NCBI GenBank assembly: GCA_002269645.1
Contig: NIVC01002145.1
Location: 1 to 64,000, forward strand
Origin: Macrostomum lignano
Lineage: Eukaryota
Direction of reading: 5' to 3'
Length of the DNA stretch: 64,000 nt
How positions within the stretch are numbered: the stretch's first letter is position 1; the number at the start of each line of letters is the position of its first letter. Below the pieces are notes generated by a model that did no database searches, had not been told where the DNA came from, and saw only the letters and a list, made by a program, of their open reading frames with translations. Both the position numbers and the translations under genes were made by a program. Shown piece by piece: positions 52,398-64,000 of this stretch.

Positions 52398-55300
52398 ATG
52401 GTAACAAGCGACAGCGCCGCGAAAAACGACGCCGACAACAGTCGAAAGGCGGACGCGGAAGCAAAGCGGCGCGCCCGTGGCGCCGAGGCCGCCACAGCAA
52501 TGGCGATGACGTCGGTGACCCCCGCGGAGACGTCGGCGACCCCGGCGGCTAAGTCGCATCGAGACACCGCTACTTCCAGTCGTCGGAGTAGACGGGGCGA
52601 GTCCAAGCACCGACGCAAGGATCAGAGAAATCAGCAGCAACATCATCATCAGCAGCAGCAGCACAGCTTCCTAGCTGCAGCGGTGGCGGCCACCGCCGCG
52701 GCCACAGTCGGGCTGCACTTGCTAGAAACGAAAGCGCCGATCGCGCACGACGATGAAGAAGACGAGGAGGCTGCGGCAGCGGCGGCAGCGGCTACGGGCT
52801 CAGACGCCGCCGCCCTGCTGGTTGCCGCTGCTGCAGGCGGCGGCGGTCCGACGCAAAACGGCGTCTCTGATGGGTGTAGAAGCGGCGTGAATACTCTGGC
52901 GAATCCGAGTGCAGCTGAAGGTGACAGAACTCACTTTTGCGTAGCTATGGGAGGCTCACCATTGTTACTCCATAGACTGGATTCCAGCGACTGTGCCAGC
53001 TCATCCCCAGTCTCTCTCCCTGTCCCCATTCTCTCCCCCAGCCCTCACGGAGCCGACCATAGACTATGGATTCCAGCGACTGTGCCAGCTCATCCCCAGT
53101 CTCTCTCCCTGTCCCCATTCTCTCCCCCAGCCCTCACGGAGCCGACCATAGACTATGGATTCCAGCGACTGTGCCAGCTCATCCCCAGTCTCTCTCCCTG
53201 TCCCCATTCTCTCCCCCAGCCCTCACGGAGCCGACCATAGACTATGGATTCCAGCGACTGTGCCAGCTCATCCCCAGTCTCTCTCCCTGTCCCCATTCTC
53301 TCCCCCAGCCCTCACGGAGCCGACCATAGACTATGGATTCCAGCGACTGTGCCAGCTCATCCCCAGTCTCTCTCCCTGTCCCCATTCTCTCCCCCAGCCC
53401 TCACGGAGCCGACCATAGACTATGGATTCCAGCGACTGTGCCAGCTCATCCCCAGTCTCTCTCCCTGTCCCCATTCTCTCCCCCAGCCCTCACGGAGCCG
53501 ACCATAGACTATGGATTCCAGCGACTGTGCCAGCTCATCCCCAGTCTCTCTCCCTGTCCCCATTCTCTCCCCCAGCCCTCACGGAGCCGACCATAGACTA
53601 TGGATTCCAGCGACTGTGCCAGCTCATCCCCAGTCTCTCTCCCTGTCCCCATTCTCTCCCCCAGCCCTCACGGAGCCGACCATAGACTATGGATTCCAGC
53701 GACTGTGCCAGCTCATCCCCAGTCTCTCTCCCTGTCCCCATTCTCTCCCCCAGCCCTCACGGAGCCGACCATAGACTATGGATTCCAGCGACTGTGCCAG
53801 CTCATCCCCAGTCTCTCTCCCTGTCCCCATTCTCTCCCCCAGCCCTCACGGAGCCGACCATAGACTATGGATTCCAGCGACTGTGCCAGCTCATCCCCAG
53901 TCTCTCTCCCTGTCCCCATTCTCTCCCCCAGCCCTCACGGAGCCGACCATAGACTATGGATTCCAGCGACTGTGCCAGCTCATCCCCAGTCTCTCTCCCT
54001 GTCCCCATTCTCTCCCCCAGCCCTCACGGAGCCGACCATAGACTATGGATTCCAGCGACTGTGCCAGCTCATCCCCAGTCTCTCTCCCTGTCCCCATTCT
54101 CTCCCCCAGCCCTCACGGAGCCGACCATAGACTATGGATTCCAGCGACTGTGCCAGCTCATCCCCAGTCTCTCTCCCTGTCCCCATTCTCTCCCCCAGCC
54201 CTCACGGAGCCGACCATAGACTATGGATTCCAGCGACTGTGCCAGCTCATCCCCAGTCTCTCTCCCTGTCCCCATTCTCTCCCCCAGCCCTCACGGAGCC
54301 GACCATAGACAATAGATTTATACATAGAAGTAGCTGAATTCTTAAGCTACTTTAAGTAGCTCAAAAGCAACTTTGAAAATGTGCCCCAACTTTTATTTTA
54401 GTTTTAATTGGCTCTCTGAAGTATATGCGCAGAACAGAACTATCTGCGGGTACAAAAGTGAACACTAGAGTCACCGTGACACTTAGGTTTGATTGGCACA
54501 GCTGATCGCTCAATGGAGACCCTCAAGTTTTCATCAGCAAATGTCGTCGGTTTGTAGCAATTAAAAATTTTAACCGTTTATTTGGCCGCCAAAGGTGGTA
54601 AAGAGGAATTAATAAACAAATATGATAAACTATAAACTAAAATGGATTTTTTTCATCTTCAAACTGCGTTTGTGCATGACGCCAATGGAATAAGCTGATT
54701 TTCAACTACGCTATTCCAAACGGATCTAGAATCTGCTTTAGGGATGGCAGTTTCCACTCCAGAGATATTCTACTAGTTATAGATCTCCATGGACAGCATT
54801 TGATGATAGGTAATGTTAAATCATGGATATATCTTCAGACCCAAGCCCTAGAACTCCAGGCTCCGACCTACCTACACCGCTGCTGCCACTCTGCTTGGGC
54901 TCACAGCACTGTTTCTGGATGCGGAGAGCAGAAATGCGGAAGTTTTGCCCCCTACTAACAATTTTAACTGCTTTGCCTGTCTTGTCTGCTTCAGTGCTTC
55001 AGTAAAGCAGATTCGCCAAAAGTTGTTAACTTTTGCGGCATCCCATCCGACAGTCCATCCCGGGGTCGCGCTAAGATATTATCCCCTTAGCTGGGCCAAG
55101 AAGACCGAAAAACTAGAATTTGGAGTGGCAACTCTTCTTTCCAGGCCAGTTCTTTGACACTAAATGAAACTGGTATCCCTTTATCCCAAGGGATCGGGAT
55201 CGGGATCGGGATCGGGATCGGGATCGGGATCGGGATCGGGATCGGGATCGGGATCGGGATCGGGATCGGGATCGGGATCGGGATCGGGATCGGGATCGGG

Positions 55301-58300
55301 ATCGGGATCGGGATCGGGATCGGGATCGGGATCGGGATCGGGATCGGGATCAGGATCGGGATCGGGATCGGGATCGGGATCGGGATCGGGATCGAGACCG
55401 GGATTCGACAGAAGATCTGGGAGAAAAGTTTCTACTCCAAATTCTGGTTCTGGGTGTCCTTGGCTGGGGCCGTCCCTCAAGTAGACCACACGGGTTGCCC
55501 GCCAATAAACCAGCGATCATGCAGTCCCGCTTCGCTTCATATATTAGCCATCCCCGTTATCCTCTACATGAATGCACTTTTCCTTTGTCTCTGCACACCG
55601 ACCGTGCAGAGCCAGTCGGGGCCGCGTTGAAGGGCATCGAGGACGACAACCTGACAGGCGGCCTGCTCACCGAACGCGAGTGCCAGGCTCTGGTCCTGAG
55701 AAATCTGCATTACCGGCCTCGCCCATTCAGCGCCTTCACAACCTACAGCGACGCGATGCAGAGCGAAGACGACATCGAGGAGCTGCGAGCGACGGCCGGC
55801 CAGCGAACGTCCAACTACGACAATTTGCCTGCATCAGCCGCTGCTGCAGCCGCTGCTGCTGCGGGTTCGCCGCCGGAACTGCCGGTGCGAACGAGGCGTC
55901 AGGATGCGCAGACGAAGCTGCTGCTGGCGCCACTGGCCGCCGGCGGCGGGGTGACGTCTGTGGCTGCGGCGGAGACTGAAGATGACAGTGAGAGTCAGAT
56001 TGACAGGGAGTTGAAGGGAGGGATGAAGGATGTGAAGATAAATCGAGATTCAAGAAGAGATTCGTAAATGGATTCGTGAATGGATTCGTGAATGGATTCG
56101 TGAATGGATTCGTGAATGGATTCGTGAATGGATTCGTGAATGGATTCGTGAATGGATTCGTGAATGGATTCGTGAATGGATTCGTGAATGGATTCGTGAA
56201 TGGATTCGTGAATGGATTCGTGAATGGATTCGTGAATGGATTCGTGAATGGATTCGTGAATGGATTCGTGAATGGATTCGTGAATGGATTCGTGAATGGA
56301 TTCGTGAATGGATTCGTGAATGGATTCGTGAATGGATTCGTGAATGGATTCGTGAATGGATTCGTGAATGGATTCGTAAATGGATTCGTGAATGGATTCG
56401 TGAATGGATTCGTGAATGGATTCGTGAATGGATTCGTGAATGGATTCGTGAATGGATTCGTGAATGGATTCGTGAATGGATTCGTGAATGGATTCGTGAA
56501 TGGATTCGGAAAAAGGAAAGAAAAAGATGTGACCCTTCAGTCCAGCTTAAACCCTGCCGCCGCTCGCAGAGGCGGCAGACACCGATGGCAAGAAGGCCGC
56601 CGCCGACCAGGCGACAGACTCGCCCGAGAAGCAGAAAAATCAGCAGCAGCAGCAGCAGAACGACGGCAAGCCGCCCACTCGGCCGAAGGTGTCGAAGTGG
56701 AAGCGACGAAGGCGTCGCTGCGTCTCCTGCCTGAAGACCTCCGTGGCCTTCCTGTTCTCGCACATCGGCCTGTGCCTGCTGGTGATTGGCTACACCCTGT
56801 CAGGGGCTTACCTGTTCGTCTACCTGGAGCACGATCGGTCGGTCATGGACAATCGGATGTACACGGAGAGCGTGGCTCAGACGAGAATTCATATGAGGTT
56901 TGAGACTGGGACTGGGAAGGAAGCTGCTGAGAGCTTGCCCTAAGAAAATATTGATAATCTGAGCCACTAGATTATTTAAGAATAGATCTAAAAATTGAGA
57001 CAAGAGAGACTGGATCTATAGACTAGAATAGGAAGACTATGCGAGACTAGATCTGGGAAACTCGATATACGAGACTAGATCAGAAAGACTAGATCTAAAG
57101 ACTAAGAGCTGAGAGTCTAAATCTGAGAGAATAGATCTTAGACTAAATAAGGGAGACTAAATCTGTGAGACTTGATAATAAAGACTAAATCTACGAGACT
57201 TGATATGAAAGACTAGATCTGAGAGACTACATCTGAGAGACTAGATCTGAGAGGCTAGATTTGAGAGACTAGATCTGAGAGACTAGATCTGAGAGACTAG
57301 ATCTGAGAGACTAGATCTAAAAGACTAGATCTAAGAGACTAGATCTGAGAGACTAGATCTGAGAGACTAGATCTGAGAGACTAGATCTGAGAGACTAGAT
57401 CTGAGAGACTAGATCTGAGAGACTAGATCTAAAAGACTAGATCTAAAAGACTAGAACTCAGACTCTACACAATCAAACCTGTCTATCGATAGAAGCTTAC
57501 AAAAATCAAGAACTTCGAAAGTTGAACACGCACTCTATTCAGGCCTTCCATACCATCAGTTGCAAGATCCCTGCTTCTCAGGAATGTATTCTTTCCTCCT
57601 AGCCAGCCATGCGGGGTGAACCTCAGATTAATAATTAACTGAGTTACCCCAGCAGCTGTTGCGGCAGAGAACGGGGATGGAGTAGAGGTGCCGGAAAAAC
57701 AAACTAAAATTAGATTCGCACTCAAGCAGATTTTCCACAAACAAAGGAAGAGAGGAGAGTCTCAGTGAACATGAATAATTCACTGATGCGGCGCTTAGTA
57801 TTGCACTTGAGCTCTTGCACTTGAGCTCGTAGGATCAGCAGTGGGAGGTCTTGGTAATGCGCGCTCAAGACCTCATTGCTAATTCACTGTAATTGCAGTG
57901 CACTAACTGAACTCGACCAATTAGAGAAATTCTTGCTTTTAATTGAGGTAGGAAATCATGTTAATGTTTTTCTGGGCCAAATTTATGGATGTTACTCATC
58001 TAGCTTGTAGATTACTCATCTATAGCTTGTAGATTACTCATATATAGCTTGTAGATTACTCATCTATAGCTCGTAGATTACTCATACTCGTATATAGCTT
58101 GTATATTACTTATCTAGTCTGTAGATTACTCATCTAGTTTGTAGATTACTCATATAGTCTGTAGATTACTCATCTAGCTTGTAGATTACTCATCTAGCTT
58201 GTAAATTACTCATCTAGCTTGTAGATTACTCATCTAGCTTGTAGATTACTCATCTAGCTTGTAGATTACTCATCTAGCTTGTAGATTACTCATCTAGCTT

Positions 58301-61300
58301 GTAGATTACTCATCTAGCTTGTAGATTACTCATCTAGCTTGTAGATTACTCATCTAGCTACAACTGCTAAACCCCACAGCGGCAACATGACCCAACCAGT
58401 CGTCGAGATGATCCAGGAGCTCAAGTCGGACTTTGAGCAGTTGTTTCACGTTCTAGAAGACATGGCAGACGAGTCCTACAAGAAGCTGCTCAACATCAGC
58501 CAGATGCTGAGTTCGAGTCGGCTCCGACTGGCCGACGCCGTGCGCGAAGTTGGCGACGCAAATTCGCAGCTGTTGCACCAGCTTCAGGGGGACTTCACCC
58601 AGCATGAGGACAGCATCGAGACGCAGGTGGGGGTCCTCGGCAGCCTCCTGTCCAACATCAGCTGTCCGCCGTGCCCGTTTGGGCATCCGGGTGGCAACCG
58701 GTCTGGCAGCACCGGTCGCAGCATGCAGGACTACACTAACATGGTGCACAGGATCCGACAGCAGCTGGACAAGTAAGCCGGTCCGCGAAAACTGACCCTA
58801 ACCTAAATCCTATCCGTAACCTTATCCTAAACTCTAACCGAAACCCTAACCTTAATCCTAACCTAAACCCTAACTTACACCTAACCTAAACCCTATAACC
58901 TAAACCCTAACCTAAACCCTAACCTTAACCATAACTTTAGCCCTTAGCCCTAACCTAAATCGTAGACAGAAGCGGATAAGCATCGTAAAAGCAATAAAAT
59001 CGATTAAAAAATCGATAGAAAAAATCTATATTAACAGATCAATATTAAAATATCGATCATGAAAAATTTATTATTAATAGAAAATTACTATATATGTATG
59101 TAACAGACAACTGAAAATCCGAAAATGCTTCATCTTCAGCAATCAAATTTTCTATAAAAAATTCAGATCTCAGCTCGGCATCCGCAAGGAGCTTCGGCAG
59201 GCTGTCAACTCGGCCAAGGCTCGCATCCGAGAGGAGGTGTTCCAGCTGTTCAATCATTCAACCGCCTACCGGCGCCAGGTGCTGCAGGTGCAGGCCTCTT
59301 TAGAATTGATGCAGGCCAGCCTCTACAATTTCACCAGCGTTGCCCACCTCGAGTTGGAGAACAATCGAGTTCTGCTAGAGAAAATCAAAGGCGGTAAAGA
59401 TTATTCCACTGTTGGCACCAATACTATGATGGCCAGGTACAATTATTCGGCCACTTTGCGTACCTGGGCGCTGAAACTGGAGGAGTCTGTTTACAGCTAC
59501 GCCATGCGGGGCTGGAGTCGGCCAGACGAGGACAAGCCGGGGGTCAATCAGACTATCTGGACTTTTCCTGGCGCTCTGCTGTACGCCATCACCATAGTGA
59601 CTACCATTGGTGAGCGGCGCTTGTGACTATTGCTGATGTACTGATTTTCCACTTGTATCCATACATGCTTCTGACTCTGTGATCTCATCTCTCCACACTC
59701 CTGACACTGCGATCTAGTCTCTCTACTTATCTCGCTCTGCGATCTAGTCTCTCCACTCTTCTGACTCTGTGTTCTAGTCTCTCTACTCATCTCGCTCTGT
59801 GATCTAGTCTCTCTACTCATCTCGCTCTGCGATCTAGTCTCTCCACTCTTCTTACTCCGTGATCTAATCTCTCAACTATTCTGACTCGGTGATCTAGTCT
59901 CTCCACTCTTCTGGCTCCGTGATTTAGTCTTTCCACTCTCCTGACTCTGTGATCTAGTCTTTCCACTCTCCTGGCTCCGTGATCTAGTCTCTCCACTCTC
60001 CTGGCTCCGTGATCTAGTCTCTCCTCTTCTTATTTCCCCCTCTCTCTTCTAGTCCTGCTTTGCGAATTGGCGGTGGGAAGTTTATAATAAGAGCGCATAG
60101 TGTACTTTTGCTGTGAGACGATGTCGTTCATCCTGGGAGTTCTGGCTGTCCCCCCTCCGAAGTTGTGCATCCAATTCGCAGGACGTCTAACTTGGCTAAT
60201 CGGTTTTCTGTGTTAATCAGAGCGATCATTAAATTTTTATGGGTTGCCAGGGCACTGATGTCTCAACTGATCTTTCTGGCATATCTATGCGTCTGTGAGT
60301 TTATGTATCCATGCAATCCATGCATCTATACTTCTAGGTATATGCATCTATCTAGGGGTGAGCGTCGGACTCACGACTGAAAGGTCGGGGGTTCGATTCT
60401 CGAGCCACCTCGGAACAATTTGTGTCCTTGAGCAAGACATTAGCTGGGGTAATTGAGGGTGTGTGTGGCGACCCCCCCCCTCCCCAGTCCTTGGAGTGAA
60501 CAGGCGTACGCAGCCTTCAGATGCGTTGCGCATCTATACATCTATATCAATCTATATATCCATGCATCTATAAATCTATGCATCTATATTATTGCCTAGG
60601 AAGTGTCATCACGAGCTGAAATGCGTGTAGAATACGAGCCCATACCCTATATCATGACCCTGCACACGGCAGAGTGGACTTCAATTACAATCTGCAATAA
60701 TTGCCTGCAAGCAATTGGGGAAATCCCATTTTTGAATTCGCATCGGTTAACCAGCTGAGTAAGCCCCAAAAAAATTGGTCCCAGTGTAATCTGTATGCTT
60801 TCAATTAAAGATTTCTGAAGCGAAACTGCAGATGATTGTGCACAGACTTAGCCAAGCAAATGGTATCGATCAGTGCAGTTACCTCGCTCAGTTGCCTGCA
60901 GTGCGCAGCCAGATTGGTCAGCCATGCCTTCACACTGATGACCTCTTCGGGAGGCGGATCACCGTTCTTTTATGATCATCATTTTTCTCTTTCTCTGTGT
61001 CTGTCTCTTCCATATCTCCTCTGGTTTGAAAGTCTTCCCAATTGCGAGATTAAACTGTCGAGGGCTATTGAACCTAAAAATCATAAAAATGCATGGCACA
61101 ACTCGACTCCTTGGTTTCATGAATCGATTTTATCATCTGTTACACATACGCTCGTACTGTTACACAGTCAGCTAAGAATGACAAAATAGATTCATAAAAC
61201 CAATGAGCTGAGCCATGCAATTTTAATGGTTTTCAGGCACAGGGCATGTACAAATGTACGTAGAATAAATCATTAAGCTTTATGAATATCAATAGAGCTA

Positions 61301-63503
61301 TAACAAAGGCACAACATATCAAAAGATGAACATTGGGTCTGCCTCCTGCTGAAAAAAGATTTTCTTGGAAAAATTTTTTTTCCAAGAAACGAGATTTCCC
61401 GTCCTTGTACTTGAGCAGTCTTTGCTGAGAATTTTATTTCTAAGAAATTCACTACAATGCCCCCCTCCGTTTTTCTACTATTGGATTTTGGACTGCTGTT
61501 ATCGTTCAGTCCTGGCCTCAGTCGTAGATTTTCAAGCTAAATTGGCCAATTCCAAGAAAACAGGTCCGACAGTCGAGACGGATTCGATCTTAATTAAGAG
61601 GAAAGCCAACATTCTGGCTAGCTGTGCAACTGTCGGTAAAACCCAAGTTGCGCGGGGCCGCATCCCAGCGGGATTGGGGGGGGCATGGACAAACCAGAGC
61701 TGTGCGTTCTGCAGTTTGCCGTTGTCCTTCAAATCTCGTCCCGATGCAAAACCAGCATGCAGTACCCGTGTTCTGCGCTAGTTTTGGCCTCTCATGGTTC
61801 GCTCACGGTTGAATGGTCAGAGAGAGAAGGGGCCACGAATTTCAAACTGTTTCTAAGAAAAGGAAACAGGTCGAGTTGGTTATTGGAGGATTCAAGGGCA
61901 CTCAGTTCAATGACACTGAGGGAGCGGAGAGGTAGATTCAAGGACACTGAGGGAAGGGAGAGGCAGATTCAAGGACACTGAGGGAGCGGAGAGGTAGATT
62001 CAAGGACACTGAGGGAGCGGAGAGGCAGATTCAAGGACACTGAGGGAGCGGAGAGGCAGATTCAAGGACACTGAGGGAGCGGAGAGGCGGATTCAAGGAC
62101 ACTGAGGGAGCGGAGAGGTAGATTCAAGGACACTGAGGGAGCGGAGAGGCAGATTCAAGGACACTGAGGGAGCGGAGAGGCAGATTCAAGGACACTGAGG
62201 GAGCGGAGAGGTAGATTCAAGGACACTGAGGGAGCGGAGAGGCAGATTCAAGGACACTGAGGGAGCGGAGAGGCGGATTCAAGGACACTGAGGGAGCGGA
62301 GAGGTAGATTCAAGGACACTGAGGGAGCGGAGAGGCAGATTCAAGGACACTGAGGGAGCGGAGAGGCGGATTCAAGGACACTGAGGGAGCGGAGAGGTAG
62401 ATTCAAGGACACTGAGGGAGCGGAGAGGCAGATTCAAGGACACTGAAGGAACAGAATGGCAGATTTCTTACTATTTACGGACTACTTACGGACGCATTCA
62501 AACACAAAGGGCTATTGCTACTACAAGTAGTGCAAATTTTAATTAATAGTATAAAATTGGTCCCAAACTGGCTGCCATCGCAGGCTACGGCCACGTGGCG
62601 CCCAAAACGGTTGCCGGCCGGCTGTGCACCATCTTCTACGCCATGGTGGGCATCCCGCTGATGCTGCTATGCCTGCACAACCTCGGCTCCTTCCTGGCTG
62701 ACGTGTTTCGCCTCTGCTACCAGCACTGCTGCCTCCGTCTGTGGCGCAGACGTCGGATGCGCCGGCTGGCCCGCCATCACGAGGCCATCAGCAGTCGCAG
62801 TCGGCGGGGCCGGGTGCGCGCCTTTGACCAGCTGTCGGAGATCATGCCCATCTCCAGCCGCTACCGGTCCCGACGGAGCAACCGTAGCGGCGCTACAGTC
62901 CGGCGCGGCGGCGGCGGCGGCAGCGGACGGAGCGGTCTATCGACGGCTACGACGGCCGGCGGGCGACACGGGGCGGCGGAGGCGACGCTGGGCGGCAACG
63001 GTGGATCGCCGCCAGCGATGATGTCGCGTCGACGAATCTTCCAGCTGGCCGACCCGAGCACCGGGCAGACGCTGGACCTGTGCGTGCTACCGCCGGCGTC
63101 GGTGGGAACCGCCGGGCGGGCCGCCAGCTCCTACGCCGCCTCGACGCCAGTCAGCAGCGTCGAGGATCTCGGCGAAGTAATCCGCGTGCCGGTCTGGCTG
63201 ACCCTGACGGTGTTCTGCATCTACATCCTGACCGGGGCGGTGCTGTTCTACTCCTGGGAGCAGTGGGGCTTCATGGACTCCGTCTATTTCGTGTTCATCA
63301 CCCTGACAACCATCGGGCTGGGCGACTTCGTGCCCGGCATGCAAGAGTCGTCCTGGACTGACGAGGCCAAGCCAATCACCTGCGGCCTGTACCTGCTGTT
63401 CGGCCTGGCCATGATCGCCATGTGCTTCCAGCTGATGCAGGAGGAGGCCAAGGACAAGGTGAAATCGTTCGGCAGAAAGATCGGACTGCTGGACGATGGC
63501 TGA
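52398..63503 (+). CDS. Two-pore-domain potassium channel (K2P/TWK family) with very long M1-P1 loop
   Basis: Exons 52398-52920 and 55610-55987 (assigned by phase compatibility only), 56570-56897, 58380-58772, 59167-59609, 62584-63503. M1 [25 protein letters not shown]; P1 [18 protein letters not shown]|YGHVAPKT; M2 [18 protein letters not shown]; M3 [21 protein letters not shown]; P2 [17 protein letters not shown]; M4 [19 protein letters not shown]. An acceptor ending 52384 suggests a further upstream exon, possibly UTR. Confidence 0.92.
52970..54310 (+). repeat. 89-bp COE-exon-derived array (about 15 apparently identical copies) in K2P intron 1
   Basis: Unit = TCTCTCTCCCTGTCCCCATTCTCTCCCCCAG|CCCTCACGGAGCCGACCATAGACTATGGATTCCAGCGACTGTGCCAGCTCATCCCCAG; identical 87-aa ORFs recur every 89 bp in the ORF track. 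Confidence 0.98.
55190..55395. repeat. (GGGATC)n
   Basis: About 34 units. Confidence 0.97.
56060..56508. repeat. (GTGAATGGATTC)n 12-bp repeat
   Basis: About 37 units. Confidence 0.97.
57000..57460. repeat. 14-bp minisatellite
   Basis: GAGACTAGATCTGA. Confidence 0.9.
58000..58360. repeat. 20-bp minisatellite
   Basis: GTAGATTACTCATCTAGCTT. Confidence 0.92.
58790..58960. repeat. Degenerate telomere-like tract in K2P intron 4
   Basis: CCTAAC/CCCTAA hexamers. Confidence 0.8.
59670..60025. repeat. 30-bp minisatellite
   Basis: GATCTAGTCTCTCCACTCTTCTGACTCTGT and variants. Confidence 0.9.
60355..60530 (+). mobile_element. tRNA-derived SINE fragment in K2P intron 5
   Basis: tRNA-like head with B box GGTTCGATTC (60390-60399), then GTGTCCTTGAGCAAGACA (60422-60439), which resembles the conserved central domain of V/Meta-type SINEs; no acceptor stem. 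Confidence 0.6.
61900..62450. repeat. 31-bp minisatellite (about 17 copies)
   Basis: ATTCAAGGACACTGAGGGAGCGGAGAGG(C/T)AG. Confidence 0.95.
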
Positions 63504-63924
63504 AGGCTGGCTGGTCCCAGCAACCAGCTGGAGAAGAAGGATGCTGCACTCAAAAATTGTTCGATTTTTTTGCCGGTTTTTGCTGCAAAATTCGAAATGT
63601 TTCTTTTGTGGTTTGTAGCAATACTTTGATCGCCTGTTGCTAAAACCATTTTTTAAACTCGATTTTTTTGTAATATTTTGTTGACCACAGCTGGACAAAA
63701 CTCAGTCAATTTAGCCCTAATAATGAAAACCTACATCTCGCTAATGCATTGTTATAGTTATTTAAGGTAGATTAAGTTTCTTGAAAATCCGGGCCCAAAA
63801 CAAGTACAATTATAAGACATTCAATTGGGGGGGGGAGCGGAATGTAGATACGAAAAGGGTGGGGTGGAGTGCGCGACTGAGGAAAGAGGCGAGATTGAAG
63901 AGCCAATCAGAAAGCAGCGAAGGA

Positions 63925-64000
63925 GAGAGATAAGAATAACAAGACTGAACTGGACAGAGTGAGAGAGATAAAGAATAACAAGACTGAACTGGACAGAGGG
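63925..64000. repeat. Start of a ~37-bp tandem repeat at the window edge
   Basis: GAGAGATAAGAATAACAAGACTGAACTGGACAGAG, two copies. Confidence 0.6.

Noticed and set aside
53066-54337. Thirteen near-identical short ORFs (mostly 87 aa) as a tandem gene cluster or CRISPR-like array
   Set aside because: Overlapping frame-shifted reads of an 89-bp repeat; no unique spacers, no cas genes, eukaryotic context.
60355-60415. tRNA gene
   Set aside because: B box present but no complete cloverleaf or acceptor stem; followed by a SINE-type core.
60800-61010. Minus-strand [16 protein letters not shown], faintly like a pogo/CENP-B HTH
   Set aside because: Short, stop-bounded, no TIRs or DDE region seen.

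Overview
Eukaryotic, intron-rich, non-vertebrate animal DNA. The style resembles a Macrostomum-like flatworm, but that is only an inference. Four spliced genes lie on the + strand: (1) a 5'-truncated neutral ceramidase (228-10195) with indels and a hydrophobic, GPI-signal-like extra last exon; (2) PDIA6 (13795-21453/21841) with two candidate terminal exons ending KQEL and KTEL; (3) a COE/EBF/Collier transcription factor (about 24852-39914); (4) a two-pore-domain K+ channel (about 52398-63503) whose M1-P1 extracellular loop is about 280 aa. By my hand tally about 40% of the window (about 25 kb) is tandem repeat, and almost every long intron carries its own minisatellite. The most striking structure is an 89-bp unit made of the COE 3' splice site plus the start of the HLH helix-1 exon. 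It is repeated in place (38478-38849) and again as about 15 homogeneous copies 14 kb away, in the first intron of the K+ channel gene (52970-54310). Also present: a Mutator-like MITE with a 9-bp TSD, a tRNA-derived SINE, a probable RTE-LINE remnant and telomere-like arrays. Exon boundaries were read by hand from GT/AG sites, phase compatibility and family motifs; no RNA evidence was available.
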